From an uncultured virus (IMG/VR IMGVR_UViG_3300046004_000626) (lineage: Duplodnaviria; Heunggongvirae; Uroviricota; Caudoviricetes): a stretch of DNA of 64,000 nucleotides. The translations under genes were made by a program, and so were the position numbers. Shown piece after piece: positions 56,114-63,818 of the stretch (positions within the stretch are counted from its first letter, which is position 1; each line of letters begins with the position of its first letter). The stretch lies in IMG/VR virus record IMGVR_UViG_3300046004_000626; one strand, given 5' to 3'. Under the pieces are notes generated by a model. The model ran no database searches, had not been told where the DNA came from, and worked only from the letters and a program-made list of their open reading frames with translations.

Positions 56114-57145
56114 ATGAATCCAAAAAAATCAAATCCTTACCCGGAACTCGACACGTTGATATCAGACCAGGTTGATTTGGTTAGTAATTATCATGGACGA
56201 TATAATAATAAAACAACAAAAAAATATATAATTTATTCATGTCTAGGTGAAGCTACTAGAAATGATCAAATTGAAAACATGTTAAAACGCTATCAACATT
56301 GTCGAGTTGCTATAGTTACCACAAGAGATTATCCCGAAGAGTTCAGTCAAACTTATGATTGCAAGTTTTTTAAAATACCATCGGCCTATGCATACTATAC
56401 AACAGAGATGCCGCAGGTACCAGTTAACTTCGATAGAACATTTGAAAAACTATTATTAAGTTTAAACAATCGTGCCGCGTGGCCAAGGCAAGCGTTATAT
56501 CAGTTTATGTTGAAATTTAATCTATTAGATCGGTGTTACTTTAGTTATTTGATGCAGGATCGTTTTGGTGTTAACGATAGTAAAACTATATATAATACTC
56601 TAAACGATACAATCGGCAATGGTAAACGATGGTATAACTTAGATTTAGATATGGAACAGGCCTATCAAAAATTACCATATAAAATAGATAATTTTGTTAA
56701 TAATGATTGGGGTCCAGGAAACATCGAGTATTACGAAAAAAGTTTTTGTTCCTTTGTCAATGAAACATATATAAGCGAAAACTATAATGTATTTTTTACA
56801 GAAAAAACTATGAAACCATTGGCATACGGACATCCGATGTTATTGTTTAGCAGTGCTGGTGCACTAGCAGAATTAAAAAAATTAGGATTTGAAACATATA
56901 GTTCTATATTTGATGAGAGTTATGATAGTGTTGATGTGCCTCAACTAAGATTTGAGCTATTACTTAAACAATTACTTGATCTTTTTAACCAATCACAGGG
57001 AACATTAAATTCAATGTATACAAAAATTAAACCTGTATTGGAATATAATCATAATTACTTTTGGAACGGATTACATCAAAAATACCTCAATGATGTTGCC
57101 CATGTTCGAGAACAAATCAGTGATTATTTTAATCACAATATATAG
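56114..57145 (+). CDS. glycosyltransferase-like protein (ET...TEK family), paralogue 3
   Basis: FVNET...FFTEK...GHPM...GFETY...DESYD. Confidence 0.5.
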   Translation: MNPKKSNPYPELDTLISDQVDLVSNYHGRYNNKTTKKYIIYSCLGEATRNDQIENMLKRYQHCRVAIVTTRDYPEEFSQTYDCKFFKIPSAYAYYTTEMPQVPVNFDRTFEKLLLSLNNRAAWPRQALYQFMLKFNLLDRCYFSYLMQDRFGVNDSKTIYNTLNDTIGNGKRWYNLDLDMEQAYQKLPYKIDNFVNNDWGPGNIEYYEKSFCSFVNETYISENYNVFFTEKTMKPLAYGHPMLLFSSAGALAELKKLGFETYSSIFDESYDSVDVPQLRFELLLKQLLDLFNQSQGTLNSMYTKIKPVLEYNHNYFWNGLHQKYLNDVAHVREQISDYFNHNI

Positions 57146-57166
57146 CATTAAATATTAAAGTTTTAC

Positions 57167-57242
57167 GGGGGTGTAGCTCAGTTGGGAGAGCGCATGCTTT
57201 GCAAGCATGATGTCGCAAGTTCGATCCTTGTCACCTCCACCA
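57167..57242 (+). tRNA. tRNA-Ala(TGC)
   Basis: CATGC-TTTGCAA-GCATG; G3:U70; CCA. Confidence 0.95.
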
Positions 57243-57253
57243 AAATTTTAGTA

Positions 57254-57301
57254 GTATCGAACTTGCGACTAAGTATGTTCATATAACAGAGAGTTCGATA
57301 T
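57254..57301 (+). promoter_or_regulatory. hairpin occluding the HNH start, with TAAGTA late-promoter variant in the loop
   Basis: GTATCGAACTT pairs with GAGTTCGATAT (overlaps ATG 57300); TAAGTA at 57270-57275. Confidence 0.7.
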
Positions 57302-57941
57302 GAAAATTTGTCCTAAATGTAAAAAAGAGCACTCACTAAACGGAATATTTTGTAGTAGAAGTTGTGCTAATAGTAGAGTGTTTAGTGATGAGTCAAAAGA
57401 AAAGAAAAGATTAGCAAATACTAAATTTTATAATTCGTTATCCGATGAAGGAAAGCGGCTTAGATTTGAACAAAATAAATCTAAATATGATTATGAAGAT
57501 CAACAACGAAGAGCAAAAGAAACTAAGTTGTTAAAATCATGGAATCGTCCGCACGAAGAAATGAGTAGAGAAGCTCTTAAACGTCGAGTATTGCATGAAA
57601 GTAATTATCAATGTAAAGAATGTGGAATAGGTGAAGAGTGGCAGGGTAAACAGTTAGTTTTAGAATTAGATCACATTGATGGTAACAATCAAAACAACAA
57701 GCCTGAAAACTTAAGAATATTGTGTCCTAATTGTCATAGTCAAACACACACATTTAGAGCAAGAAATATTAAAATCAATAGAATACATGTTGATTTAGTA
57801 GAATTAGAAAAAAATTTAAGAATCTACATGTATGCAACACCTGCGTTACGGGCTATGGGATTATCTAATAGTGCTAAACGTATCAGGCTTGCAAACGAAA
57901 TTTTAGATAAGATCAATTCCGGTCAAGCAAACACGGTGTAG
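57300..57941 (+). CDS. free-standing HNH homing endonuclease
   Basis: LELDHIDGNNQNNKPENLRILCPNCHSQT; N-terminal CPKC...FCSRSC Zn finger; located in the tRNA array. Confidence 0.9.
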   Translation: MKICPKCKKEHSLNGIFCSRSCANSRVFSDESKEKKRLANTKFYNSLSDEGKRLRFEQNKSKYDYEDQQRRAKETKLLKSWNRPHEEMSREALKRRVLHESNYQCKECGIGEEWQGKQLVLELDHIDGNNQNNKPENLRILCPNCHSQTHTFRARNIKINRIHVDLVELEKNLRIYMYATPALRAMGLSNSAKRIRLANEILDKINSGQANTV

Positions 57942-57993
57942 GCGGTGGACTGTTAATCCATGAAGGTTGGTTCGATTCCAACGACCGGAGCCA
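57918..57993 (+). tRNA. tRNA-Asn(GTT)
   Basis: GTGGA-CTGTTAA-TCCAT; G73; CCA; overlaps the HNH 3' end. Confidence 0.85.
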
Positions 57994-58021
57994 CATTTTA
58001 TACGGATAGTGTCATTTTTAT

Positions 58022-58096
58022 ACCCGATTAGCTCAGTGGTAGAGCAATCGCTTGATAAGCGATAGGTGAGTGGATCGTTACCACTATCGGGTACCA
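58022..58096 (+). tRNA. tRNA-Ile(GAT)
   Basis: ATCGC-TTGATAA-GCGAT; atypical T-loop ATCGTTA; CCA. Confidence 0.9.
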
Positions 58097-58232
58097 AGTA
58101 TCTTTAACCGGTATGGGTTTAGGGGCAAACAGCGACCCGTAGTATTTTAACAAAACCCTAGTATTAAAAAGCTGTCAGACAAGGATAAGATAACAGCGCA
58201 AGCTGAAGACTAATGCGGTGACTTGTCAACTC

Positions 58233-58320
58233 GGAAGTTACTGAGGTCGGCTCCTCACACAGTCTTGAAAACTGTAGTTACCAGGAATGGTAAATCGTTC
58301 GATGCGATTAACTTCCGCCA
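58233..58320 (+). tRNA. tRNA-Ser(TGA), non-canonical (8/4-type) fold
   Basis: ACAGT-CTTGAAA-ACTGT; acceptor GGAAGTTA/TAACTTCC; long V-arm; G73; CCA. Confidence 0.8.
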
Positions 58321-58325
58321 AACAC

Positions 58326-58354
58326 TTGACACTGTTGATACACGGTGTTATAAT
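58326..58354 (+). promoter_or_regulatory. sigma70-type promoter inside the tRNA array
   Basis: TTGACA-17-TATAAT with extended TG. Confidence 0.85.
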
Positions 58355-58374
58355 AGTTGTATAGTAAGAAATTA

Positions 58375-58464
58375 GGAGAGTTGGCCGAGTGGTCGAAGGC
58401 AGCGGCTTGCTAAGCCGTCCTCCCAGTAATGGGAGCATAGGTTCGAATCCTATACTCTCCGCCA
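58375..58464 (+). tRNA. tRNA-Ser(GCT)
   Basis: GCGGC-TTGCTAA-GCCGT; long V-arm; CCA. Confidence 0.95.
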
Positions 58465-58646
58465 GAAGCTAATCGAGGACACCTCTTAACAATGTGCAAC
58501 ATCAAGCGTGGATTTACACGTGAATCCCATAGACGTATGGGACTACGATTTTCCGGGAGGACAACTCCCAACTCATTCTTATATCAAATTGCCAGATACC
58601 TAAAGTATCATGTATATAAATAGGGCTGATAGCATAAAGGAATTAT

Positions 58647-59108
58647 ATGATTACAGATGAACAAATTAAGAAAGACATACATGATTGGGCAGTCTATGTA
58701 GGCTTGCCGCAAAAAAGTTTAAGCGGACTATCAGTTTGCCCGTTTGCTAAAGCTAGTATGGATTTATACGAAGTACAAATTGTTGATAATGTTACATCAA
58801 TTGTTCCTCCTAACAAAGACTTTGAATTAATTGTATATGTAATTAGATCTGCAATTACAGTTGAAGAATTAAATAAAGCCTGTGCAACATTGAAAGAACA
58901 AAACCCATTAATAGAATACCTGCCAGATCATAGCACAAGAAATACTTATATCGGCGAAGCACAAACCAACAATGGCAAACATAATTTAATATTGTGTCAG
59001 CCAATGGATAAGCTGTTAGCGGCAAGAAATAAAATAGCTAAAACTAATTATTATAAATTTTGGGATGCCGAATATCTCAATGAAATATTTGGTAAAAGCA
59101 TTAATTAA
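58647..59108 (+). CDS. hypothetical protein (CPFA motif)
   Basis: 153 aa; TATAAATA and AAGGA upstream. Confidence 0.65.
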   Translation: MITDEQIKKDIHDWAVYVGLPQKSLSGLSVCPFAKASMDLYEVQIVDNVTSIVPPNKDFELIVYVIRSAITVEELNKACATLKEQNPLIEYLPDHSTRNTYIGEAQTNNGKHNLILCQPMDKLLAARNKIAKTNYYKFWDAEYLNEIFGKSIN

Positions 59109-59123
59109 CTACAGGAGCATTAT

Positions 59124-59228
59124 ATGTTATTTCTAATTTTAAAGAGTGCAGTAGTTGTTACACTAGCATTTTGCGCATTGATTTTAGAAGTATTTGTATT
59201 AGTGTGGATAGCAAACAAACTAAAATAG
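59124..59228 (+). CDS. small membrane peptide (34 aa)
   Basis: AGGAG RBS; MLFLILKSAVVVTLAFCALILEVFVLVWIANKLK*. Confidence 0.6.
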   Translation: MLFLILKSAVVVTLAFCALILEVFVLVWIANKLK

Positions 59229-59235
59229 TTTAATT

Positions 59236-59309
59236 GCTCTTATAGTATAAAGGCATTACGCTACATTGGTAATGTAGTAACTCCGGTTCGATACCGGGTA
59301 GGAGCACCA
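59236..59309 (+). tRNA. tRNA-Thr(GGT)
   Basis: CTACA-TTGGTAA-TGTAG; CCA. Confidence 0.9.
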
Positions 59310-59314
59310 GTAAT

Positions 59315-59390
59315 ACCCTCTTCGCCAAGCTGGTAAGGCAACAGGTTTTGATCCTGTCATTCGGTGGTTCGAGTCCATCAGGGGGTGCCA
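59315..59390 (+). tRNA. tRNA-Gln(TTG)
   Basis: ACAGG-TTTTGAT-CCTGT; CCA. Confidence 0.9.
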
Positions 59391-59396
59391 AACAAT

Positions 59397-59473
59397 GTAT
59401 GTGTGTAGCTGAATGGATAAGCTGCGGATTGCAACCCCGTATTATGCAGGTTCGACCCCTGTCACATACTCCA
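59397..59473 (+). tRNA. tRNA-Cys(GCA)
   Basis: Loop TTGCAAC; GTATGTG/CACATAC acceptor; U73; CCA. Confidence 0.85.
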
Positions 59474-59483
59474 CTTTCAATAT

Positions 59484-59560
59484 AGAGATGTAGCATAGTG
59501 GCCTAATGCACTTGCTCCATACGCAAGCTACCGTAGGTTCAAATCCTACCATCTCTACCA
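59484..59560 (+). tRNA. tRNA-Met(CAT), elongator type, with C33
   Basis: CTTGC-TCCATAC-GCAAG; CCA. Confidence 0.8.
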
Positions 59561-59561
59561 C

Positions 59562-59640
59562 GCCCCCATAGCTCAGTCTGGACTAGAGCATAACGCTACG
59601 AACGTTAGTGTCGGAGGTTCGAATCCTTCTGGGGGCTCCA
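59562..59640 (+). tRNA. tRNA-Arg(ACG)
   Basis: TAACG-CTACGAA-CGTTA; CCA. Confidence 0.9.
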
Positions 59641-59649
59641 AATAAAATG

Positions 59650-59713
59650 TTACTGAGCAGTAATATTTGCCGTCAAACCCGGCTAAATCAGTTCAAATAT
59701 TACTGAGCAGTAA
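59650..59713. repeat. two copies of the palindrome TTACTG-AG-CAGTAA, 50 bp apart
   Basis: Identical 14-mers at 59650-59663 and 59700-59713. Confidence 0.85.
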
Positions 59714-59722
59714 GATTAAAAT

Positions 59723-59796
59723 GCGGATATAGTATAGTGGTAATACACGACCTTGCCAAGGTTGAATCACGAGTTCGAACCTCGTTATCCGCTCCA
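59723..59796 (+). tRNA. tRNA-Gly(GCC)
   Basis: CGACC-TTGCCAA-GGTTG; U73; CCA. Confidence 0.9.
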
Positions 59797-59803
59797 GTTC
59801 GAT

Positions 59804-59880
59804 GGTAACCATAGTGTAAAGGTTTAGCACCCGACTCTGTGAAAGTCGTAGAATGGGATCGTTACCCATTGGTTACCCCA
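59804..59880 (+). tRNA. tRNA-His(GTG) copy 2
   Basis: CGACT-CTGTGAA-AGTCG; encoded G-1:C73; T-loop ATCGTTA; CCA. Confidence 0.85.
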
Positions 59881-59881
59881 C

Positions 59882-59910
59882 TTGACATTTTGGTAGAATG
59901 ATAGTATAAT
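59882..59910 (+). promoter_or_regulatory. sigma70-type early promoter
   Basis: TTGACA-17-TATAAT, 6 nt before ATG 59917. Confidence 0.85.
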
Positions 59911-59916
59911 ACACAC

Positions 59917-60165
59917 ATGGATAAAGAACAACAATTAGCCTGGGACATACTAAGTACGCCTAACAATGCGGACTTTAAGGAGTATCGCAGGACGCATCGG
60001 ATGACGTGGTTAACTAAAACACGCAAAGTCTTATTGATCGGTGACATGGATACAGCACACATCATAAGTTGCATTAATATGTTAGAACGATTAGAACAAC
60101 AATATACATTAGCCTATGGTGGCTTAATTGATGAACTAAGAAAACGTGGAGAGCATTATGAGTAA
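59917..60165 (+). CDS. hypothetical protein
   Basis: 82 aa; DMDTAHIISCINML...ELRKR motif. Confidence 0.65.
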   Translation: MDKEQQLAWDILSTPNNADFKEYRRTHRMTWLTKTRKVLLIGDMDTAHIISCINMLERLEQQYTLAYGGLIDELRKRGEHYE

Positions 60166-60499
60166 ATTTGAATGGGACTTTTTTAGTAAAGTACCCGAGC
60201 ACACTCGTGGTGCTTTAGAACGTTACTTCTTATATGCTTTTGAACCTGGCAGTTTTGTAAAAGCTGTTCTTTGTAATGATTTATATAGCAGTGTAGCACG
60301 TGCTGATACATGGAACAAACAAGCATTAGCAGATATTGTCTCTTGGATTGCTAAAAACGCACCAGAAGGTAGTTGGGGACATGAAGACTACTACAAAGAA
60401 TGGATCAACAAAGGCCCAGCGTATGAAAAGTTTCAAAAGAGTCTAGTATGGGAAACTTTAAACGCAGACCATACTGAAATAAAGGAACAAGATTGGTGA
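60158..60499 (+). CDS. hypothetical protein
   Basis: PGSFVKAVLCNDL...AP-GSWG motif; GGAG RBS. Confidence 0.7.
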   Translation: MSKFEWDFFSKVPEHTRGALERYFLYAFEPGSFVKAVLCNDLYSSVARADTWNKQALADIVSWIAKNAPEGSWGHEDYYKEWINKGPAYEKFQKSLVWETLNADHTEIKEQDW

Positions 60500-60654
60500 A
60501 ACAGAAACCAAAATGGGTCGAGACTCGTGAACGCCTTAACCAATTGGGCCAAGAACCTGTAGTCTTTATCGGCAAAATGGGAGTTGCTGGTGTTATAGAT
60601 GGTAAGTTGCCCAATGGTGAAGTGTATCATAGGAATATTAGGAAGAAACGATGA
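60496..60654 (+). CDS. small hypothetical protein (52 aa)
   Basis: GTG start overlapping the upstream TGA; fills the gap exactly; KMGVAGVIDGKLPNG. Confidence 0.55.
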   Translation: MKQKPKWVETRERLNQLGQEPVVFIGKMGVAGVIDGKLPNGEVYHRNIRKKR

Positions 60655-60908
60655 CATACTACTGTGAGCTGCCCAACGATAAAAATATAATACGTACAAT
60701 GAACGGACCCAGAGTAGTTGGGCGTTACGTAATAGTTACTAGTAGCATTATCCCAGTGGGTCTTACGTTTGCGTCAAAAAACATTGTAGGTGACAACTCC
60801 GATCATGTGATGCAATGGTATAAGAATCGAGAGCACGAAAACTTAACATTGTCCAAGGAAGAACGAGAAGCACTAACTTTTCAAATATTAAAAAGTGAGA
60901 CATGGTAG
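60651..60908 (+). CDS. hypothetical protein
   Basis: 85 aa, ATGA overlap. Confidence 0.55.
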   Translation: MTYYCELPNDKNIIRTMNGPRVVGRYVIVTSSIIPVGLTFASKNIVGDNSDHVMQWYKNREHENLTLSKEEREALTFQILKSETW

Positions 60909-61291
60909 TGGACTTTACAATCAACCCAGACTACATGTGTAGTGTAACTATTTACAATGAATGGAACACTTATACTCAAAACGGCCGTGAGCCAACTGCT
61001 GAAGAATTAATATTAATCTTACAAGGCAAAGGCAAGTGTAGTACTACAAGTTCGGAGGATCACCCGGAGTTTATTAAACTACGTGAGCAGTTAGGTGAAC
61101 TAGGTTACATTCGTATTCAACGCAGTTGGTGGAATGGAGACGAAGTCTTAAAGCCGTTTACGCTTAACGGAAGAAAATTTAAAGTAGGAGCACAGTTTAG
61201 TAGTGGTAGTGCAATGAGCACACACCTTGCTGTACGTGCTAAACACCCAGAATTATATAAGGATGAATACGATGATGAAACCGTGGATTGA
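60902..61291 (+). CDS. hypothetical protein
   Basis: 129 aa; DHPEF-KLR...WWNGD-VLKPF motif. Confidence 0.65.
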   Translation: MVVDFTINPDYMCSVTIYNEWNTYTQNGREPTAEELILILQGKGKCSTTSSEDHPEFIKLREQLGELGYIRIQRSWWNGDEVLKPFTLNGRKFKVGAQFSSGSAMSTHLAVRAKHPELYKDEYDDETVD

Positions 61292-61691
61292 AAATATCAG
61301 TCTTGATGATGTACGTAAAGGATATCATTACGACCCGGGTTTCAACAGTATGTTAATCCAGATCGTAGATCCTGGTACTGAATTCCCTACACCTAAGTAT
61401 AACTTTCGTACAGTGCGCCAGTTCTACTTCTTAGATGTAGAAGAAAGCGATAGCGAAAAGTTTTACTATGAGGCAGCAATTACCAACGCTGATGCCAAGG
61501 GTATTGCAGAAGCATTAAAAGAAGCATGGGAACAAAGTATGAATGTAGTAGTACACTGCCATATGGGTGTAGCACGTAGTGGTGCAGTGGCAGAGGTAGG
61601 GCATATGATTGGGTTTAGAGATACAGAGAAATACCGTATCCCAAACCTGATGGTCAAACATAAATTAATGTATTACTTGGATTTAGTCTAG
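61272..61691 (+). CDS. protein tyrosine/dual-specificity phosphatase-like protein
   Basis: VHCHMGVARSGA (HCxxGxxRS). Confidence 0.8.
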   Translation: MMKPWIENISLDDVRKGYHYDPGFNSMLIQIVDPGTEFPTPKYNFRTVRQFYFLDVEESDSEKFYYEAAITNADAKGIAEALKEAWEQSMNVVVHCHMGVARSGAVAEVGHMIGFRDTEKYRIPNLMVKHKLMYYLDLV

Positions 61692-61717
61692 TAGTAAATA
61701 CAATATAAGGGCAGTAT

Positions 61718-62188
61718 ATGAAAAAACTGAATTTCGATGAAGTGCGTGATTTTATCAATGCACAAAGTACAGAAACAAAAATCTACATTGGCGGCGACAG
61801 TACACGTTTTCGTAAAAACGGACAATGGCATGCAGAATATACCTTAGCAGTTGTGGTGCACATTGACGGTAAACACGGTTGTAAAATCTTTGGTGAAAGT
61901 TCAACAGAAGTAGACTACGACCAAAAACGTAATCGTCCGAGTATGCGCCTAATGAACGAAGTGTACAAAATTTCAGAACTGTACTTGAAACTACACGAAG
62001 TATTAGAAGGTCGTGATGTTGCTGTACACTTAGACATCAACCCAAACGAAGCTCACGGTTCAAGCTGTGTTGTAACACAGGCAATAGGTTACATTCGCGG
62101 AACATGCAATGTTATTCCAATGGTTAAACCAAACGCATGGGCTGCAAGTTACGCGGCTGATAGATTGCATCACGTATTAGCAGCATAA
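61718..62188 (+). CDS. RNase H-like YkuK-family protein
   Basis: IYIGGDS, RLMNEV, VHLDIN and KP-AWAASYAAD motifs. Confidence 0.8.
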   Translation: MKKLNFDEVRDFINAQSTETKIYIGGDSTRFRKNGQWHAEYTLAVVVHIDGKHGCKIFGESSTEVDYDQKRNRPSMRLMNEVYKISELYLKLHEVLEGRDVAVHLDINPNEAHGSSCVVTQAIGYIRGTCNVIPMVKPNAWAASYAADRLHHVLAA

Positions 62189-62209
62189 TTTAATTATATA
62201 AGGATTAAC

Positions 62210-62887
62210 ATGGATTATAAAATAGCAGACATTGGCCTAGCGGCTTGGGGACACAAAGAAATTGCAATTGCTGAAACAGAAATGCCAGGCCTAATGGCAA
62301 TTCGTAAAGAATTAGAAGATTCGCAACCACTTAAAGGAGCACGTATCACAGGGTCATCACACATGACTATTCAAACTGCGGTACTGGTACAAACTCTTGT
62401 GGCATTAGGCGCAGAAGTACGTTGGGCAAGTTGTAATATTTTTTCAACACAAGACCATGCCGCGGCTGCACTAGCTGATCAAGGTATTCCTGTTTTTGCT
62501 TGGAAAGGCGAAACAGAAGATGAATACTGGTGGTGCTTAGAACAAACAGTTGCAGGTCCAGATGGTTGGCGCCCTAACATGTTGTTAGATGATGGGCATG
62601 ACCTAACTTGGTATATCCATGTTAACTATCCAGAACTATTAGCAGACATCCGTGGTGTAACAGAAGAAACTACTACAGGTATCTATAAAATTAACGAAGC
62701 TATTGCCAACGGTACTCCGTTAATGACTGTGGTCAATACTATGATTGGCGCCGCTAACGCCAATATGAAAAGGTTGCTGAAACCTTTTCATATTGGCGCA
62801 GAGCTAACTACATTAAATCAAACACAAGCAGATTATATTGGTGTTCCAGTTGTTAGACCATTCAAACCTGATACGTATAGATATTGA
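62210..62887 (+). pseudogene. ahcY: internally deleted but in-frame S-adenosylhomocysteine hydrolase
   Basis: [33 protein letters not shown] and EETTTG, then a jump to the C-terminal QADYIGV...PFKPDTYRY; 225 aa, no NAD-binding domain. Confidence 0.85.
62758..62798. repeat. 18-bp perfect inverted repeat at the ahcY deletion junction
   Basis: CGCCAATATGAAAAGGTT-GCTGA-AACCTTTTCATATTGGCG. Confidence 0.95.
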
Positions 62888-62916
62888 TTGACAACACAGT
62901 CGTTTGGTAGTATAAT
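62888..62916 (+). promoter_or_regulatory. sigma70-type early promoter
   Basis: TTGACA-17-TATAAT. Confidence 0.85.
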
Positions 62917-62939
62917 AATACATTAATAAGGAGAGCGAC

Positions 62940-63818
62940 ATGCGTTTAGCAATAGCATCAGATATACATTTGGAGTTTGGCAGTTTGGAGCTGACCAACG
63001 ACTCTGATGCCGATGTCTTAATCCTAGCCGGTGATATCTGTATGGCTCGTGACTTTGAAATCACCGAGACCAAACGAGCAGAACGTTACTTTGCTTTCTT
63101 TGAACAAGTATCAAACGAGTTTGCTAAAGTTATCTACATTTTGGGTAATCACGAACACTACAACGGTGATGTTGCTTACAGCTACGGTATTCTTAAACGT
63201 CACCTAGCTAAGTTTCCTAACATACAGGTCATGGACAAGGAAACACTTGAATTAGAGGATGTTACCTTTGTCTGTGCTACTATGTGGACCAGTATGAACG
63301 ATGAGGATCCTGTTACTCTACACGCTGTCAAAGACATGATGAATGACTTCCGCAATGTTAAGAACAGTCTCAGAATGATAGCACGTACAGTACCGTTGTA
63401 TGATGATGGTGAGTATAATGTGGATCGTAAGGTCATAGGGCATAAGGTCAAAGAAGAGCCAGCTAAGTTTAGTCCACAGGACAGCGTCGATGATCACAAG
63501 CAGGCCTTAGACTATATTAACCATGTGTTGATGAATGATGACACTAAGAAGTATGTAGTAGTCACACATCACACACCTAGCTGGCAGAGCTGTGCACCTA
63601 AATGGTTAGGTGATCGGGTTATGAACGGTGCGTTCCATACTGAACTTGGTGACTTCATAGCCTATCGCCCGCAGATTAAGTTATGGGTACACGGGCATAC
63701 ACACGATGCGTTTGACTATGTCTTAGGTGAAACACGTGTAGTATGTAACCCACGCGGTTATATAGGACATGAAATGCAAGCCGACAGCTTCCAATTGAAA
63801 TACATTGATTTGTTGTAA
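62940..63818 (+). CDS. calcineurin-like metallophosphoesterase
   Basis: SDIH, AGD, GNHE, THH and HGHTH motifs. Confidence 0.9.
   Translation: MRLAIASDIHLEFGSLELTNDSDADVLILAGDICMARDFEITETKRAERYFAFFEQVSNEFAKVIYILGNHEHYNGDVAYSYGILKRHLAKFPNIQVMDKETLELEDVTFVCATMWTSMNDEDPVTLHAVKDMMNDFRNVKNSLRMIARTVPLYDDGEYNVDRKVIGHKVKEEPAKFSPQDSVDDHKQALDYINHVLMNDDTKKYVVVTHHTPSWQSCAPKWLGDRVMNGAFHTELGDFIAYRPQIKLWVHGHTHDAFDYVLGETRVVCNPRGYIGHEMQADSFQLKYIDLL

Noticed and set aside
58233..58320. Selenocysteine tRNA
   Set aside because: Anticodon is TGA (reads UCA, Ser), not TCA; no sel genes seen
54444..59496. ORF-track entries overlapping tRNAs (54444, 54447, 55141, 55560, 57903, 58238, 59230)
   Set aside because: Spurious translations of tRNA genes
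59650..59713. Mini CRISPR array or LexA box
   Set aside because: Only two 14-bp copies and no cas genes; the spacer is 2 nt, not the CTGT-N8-ACAG of a LexA box
59804..59880. tRNA-Phe(GAA)
   Set aside because: The 5-bp stem centres GTG in the loop and the G-1:C73 pair marks His
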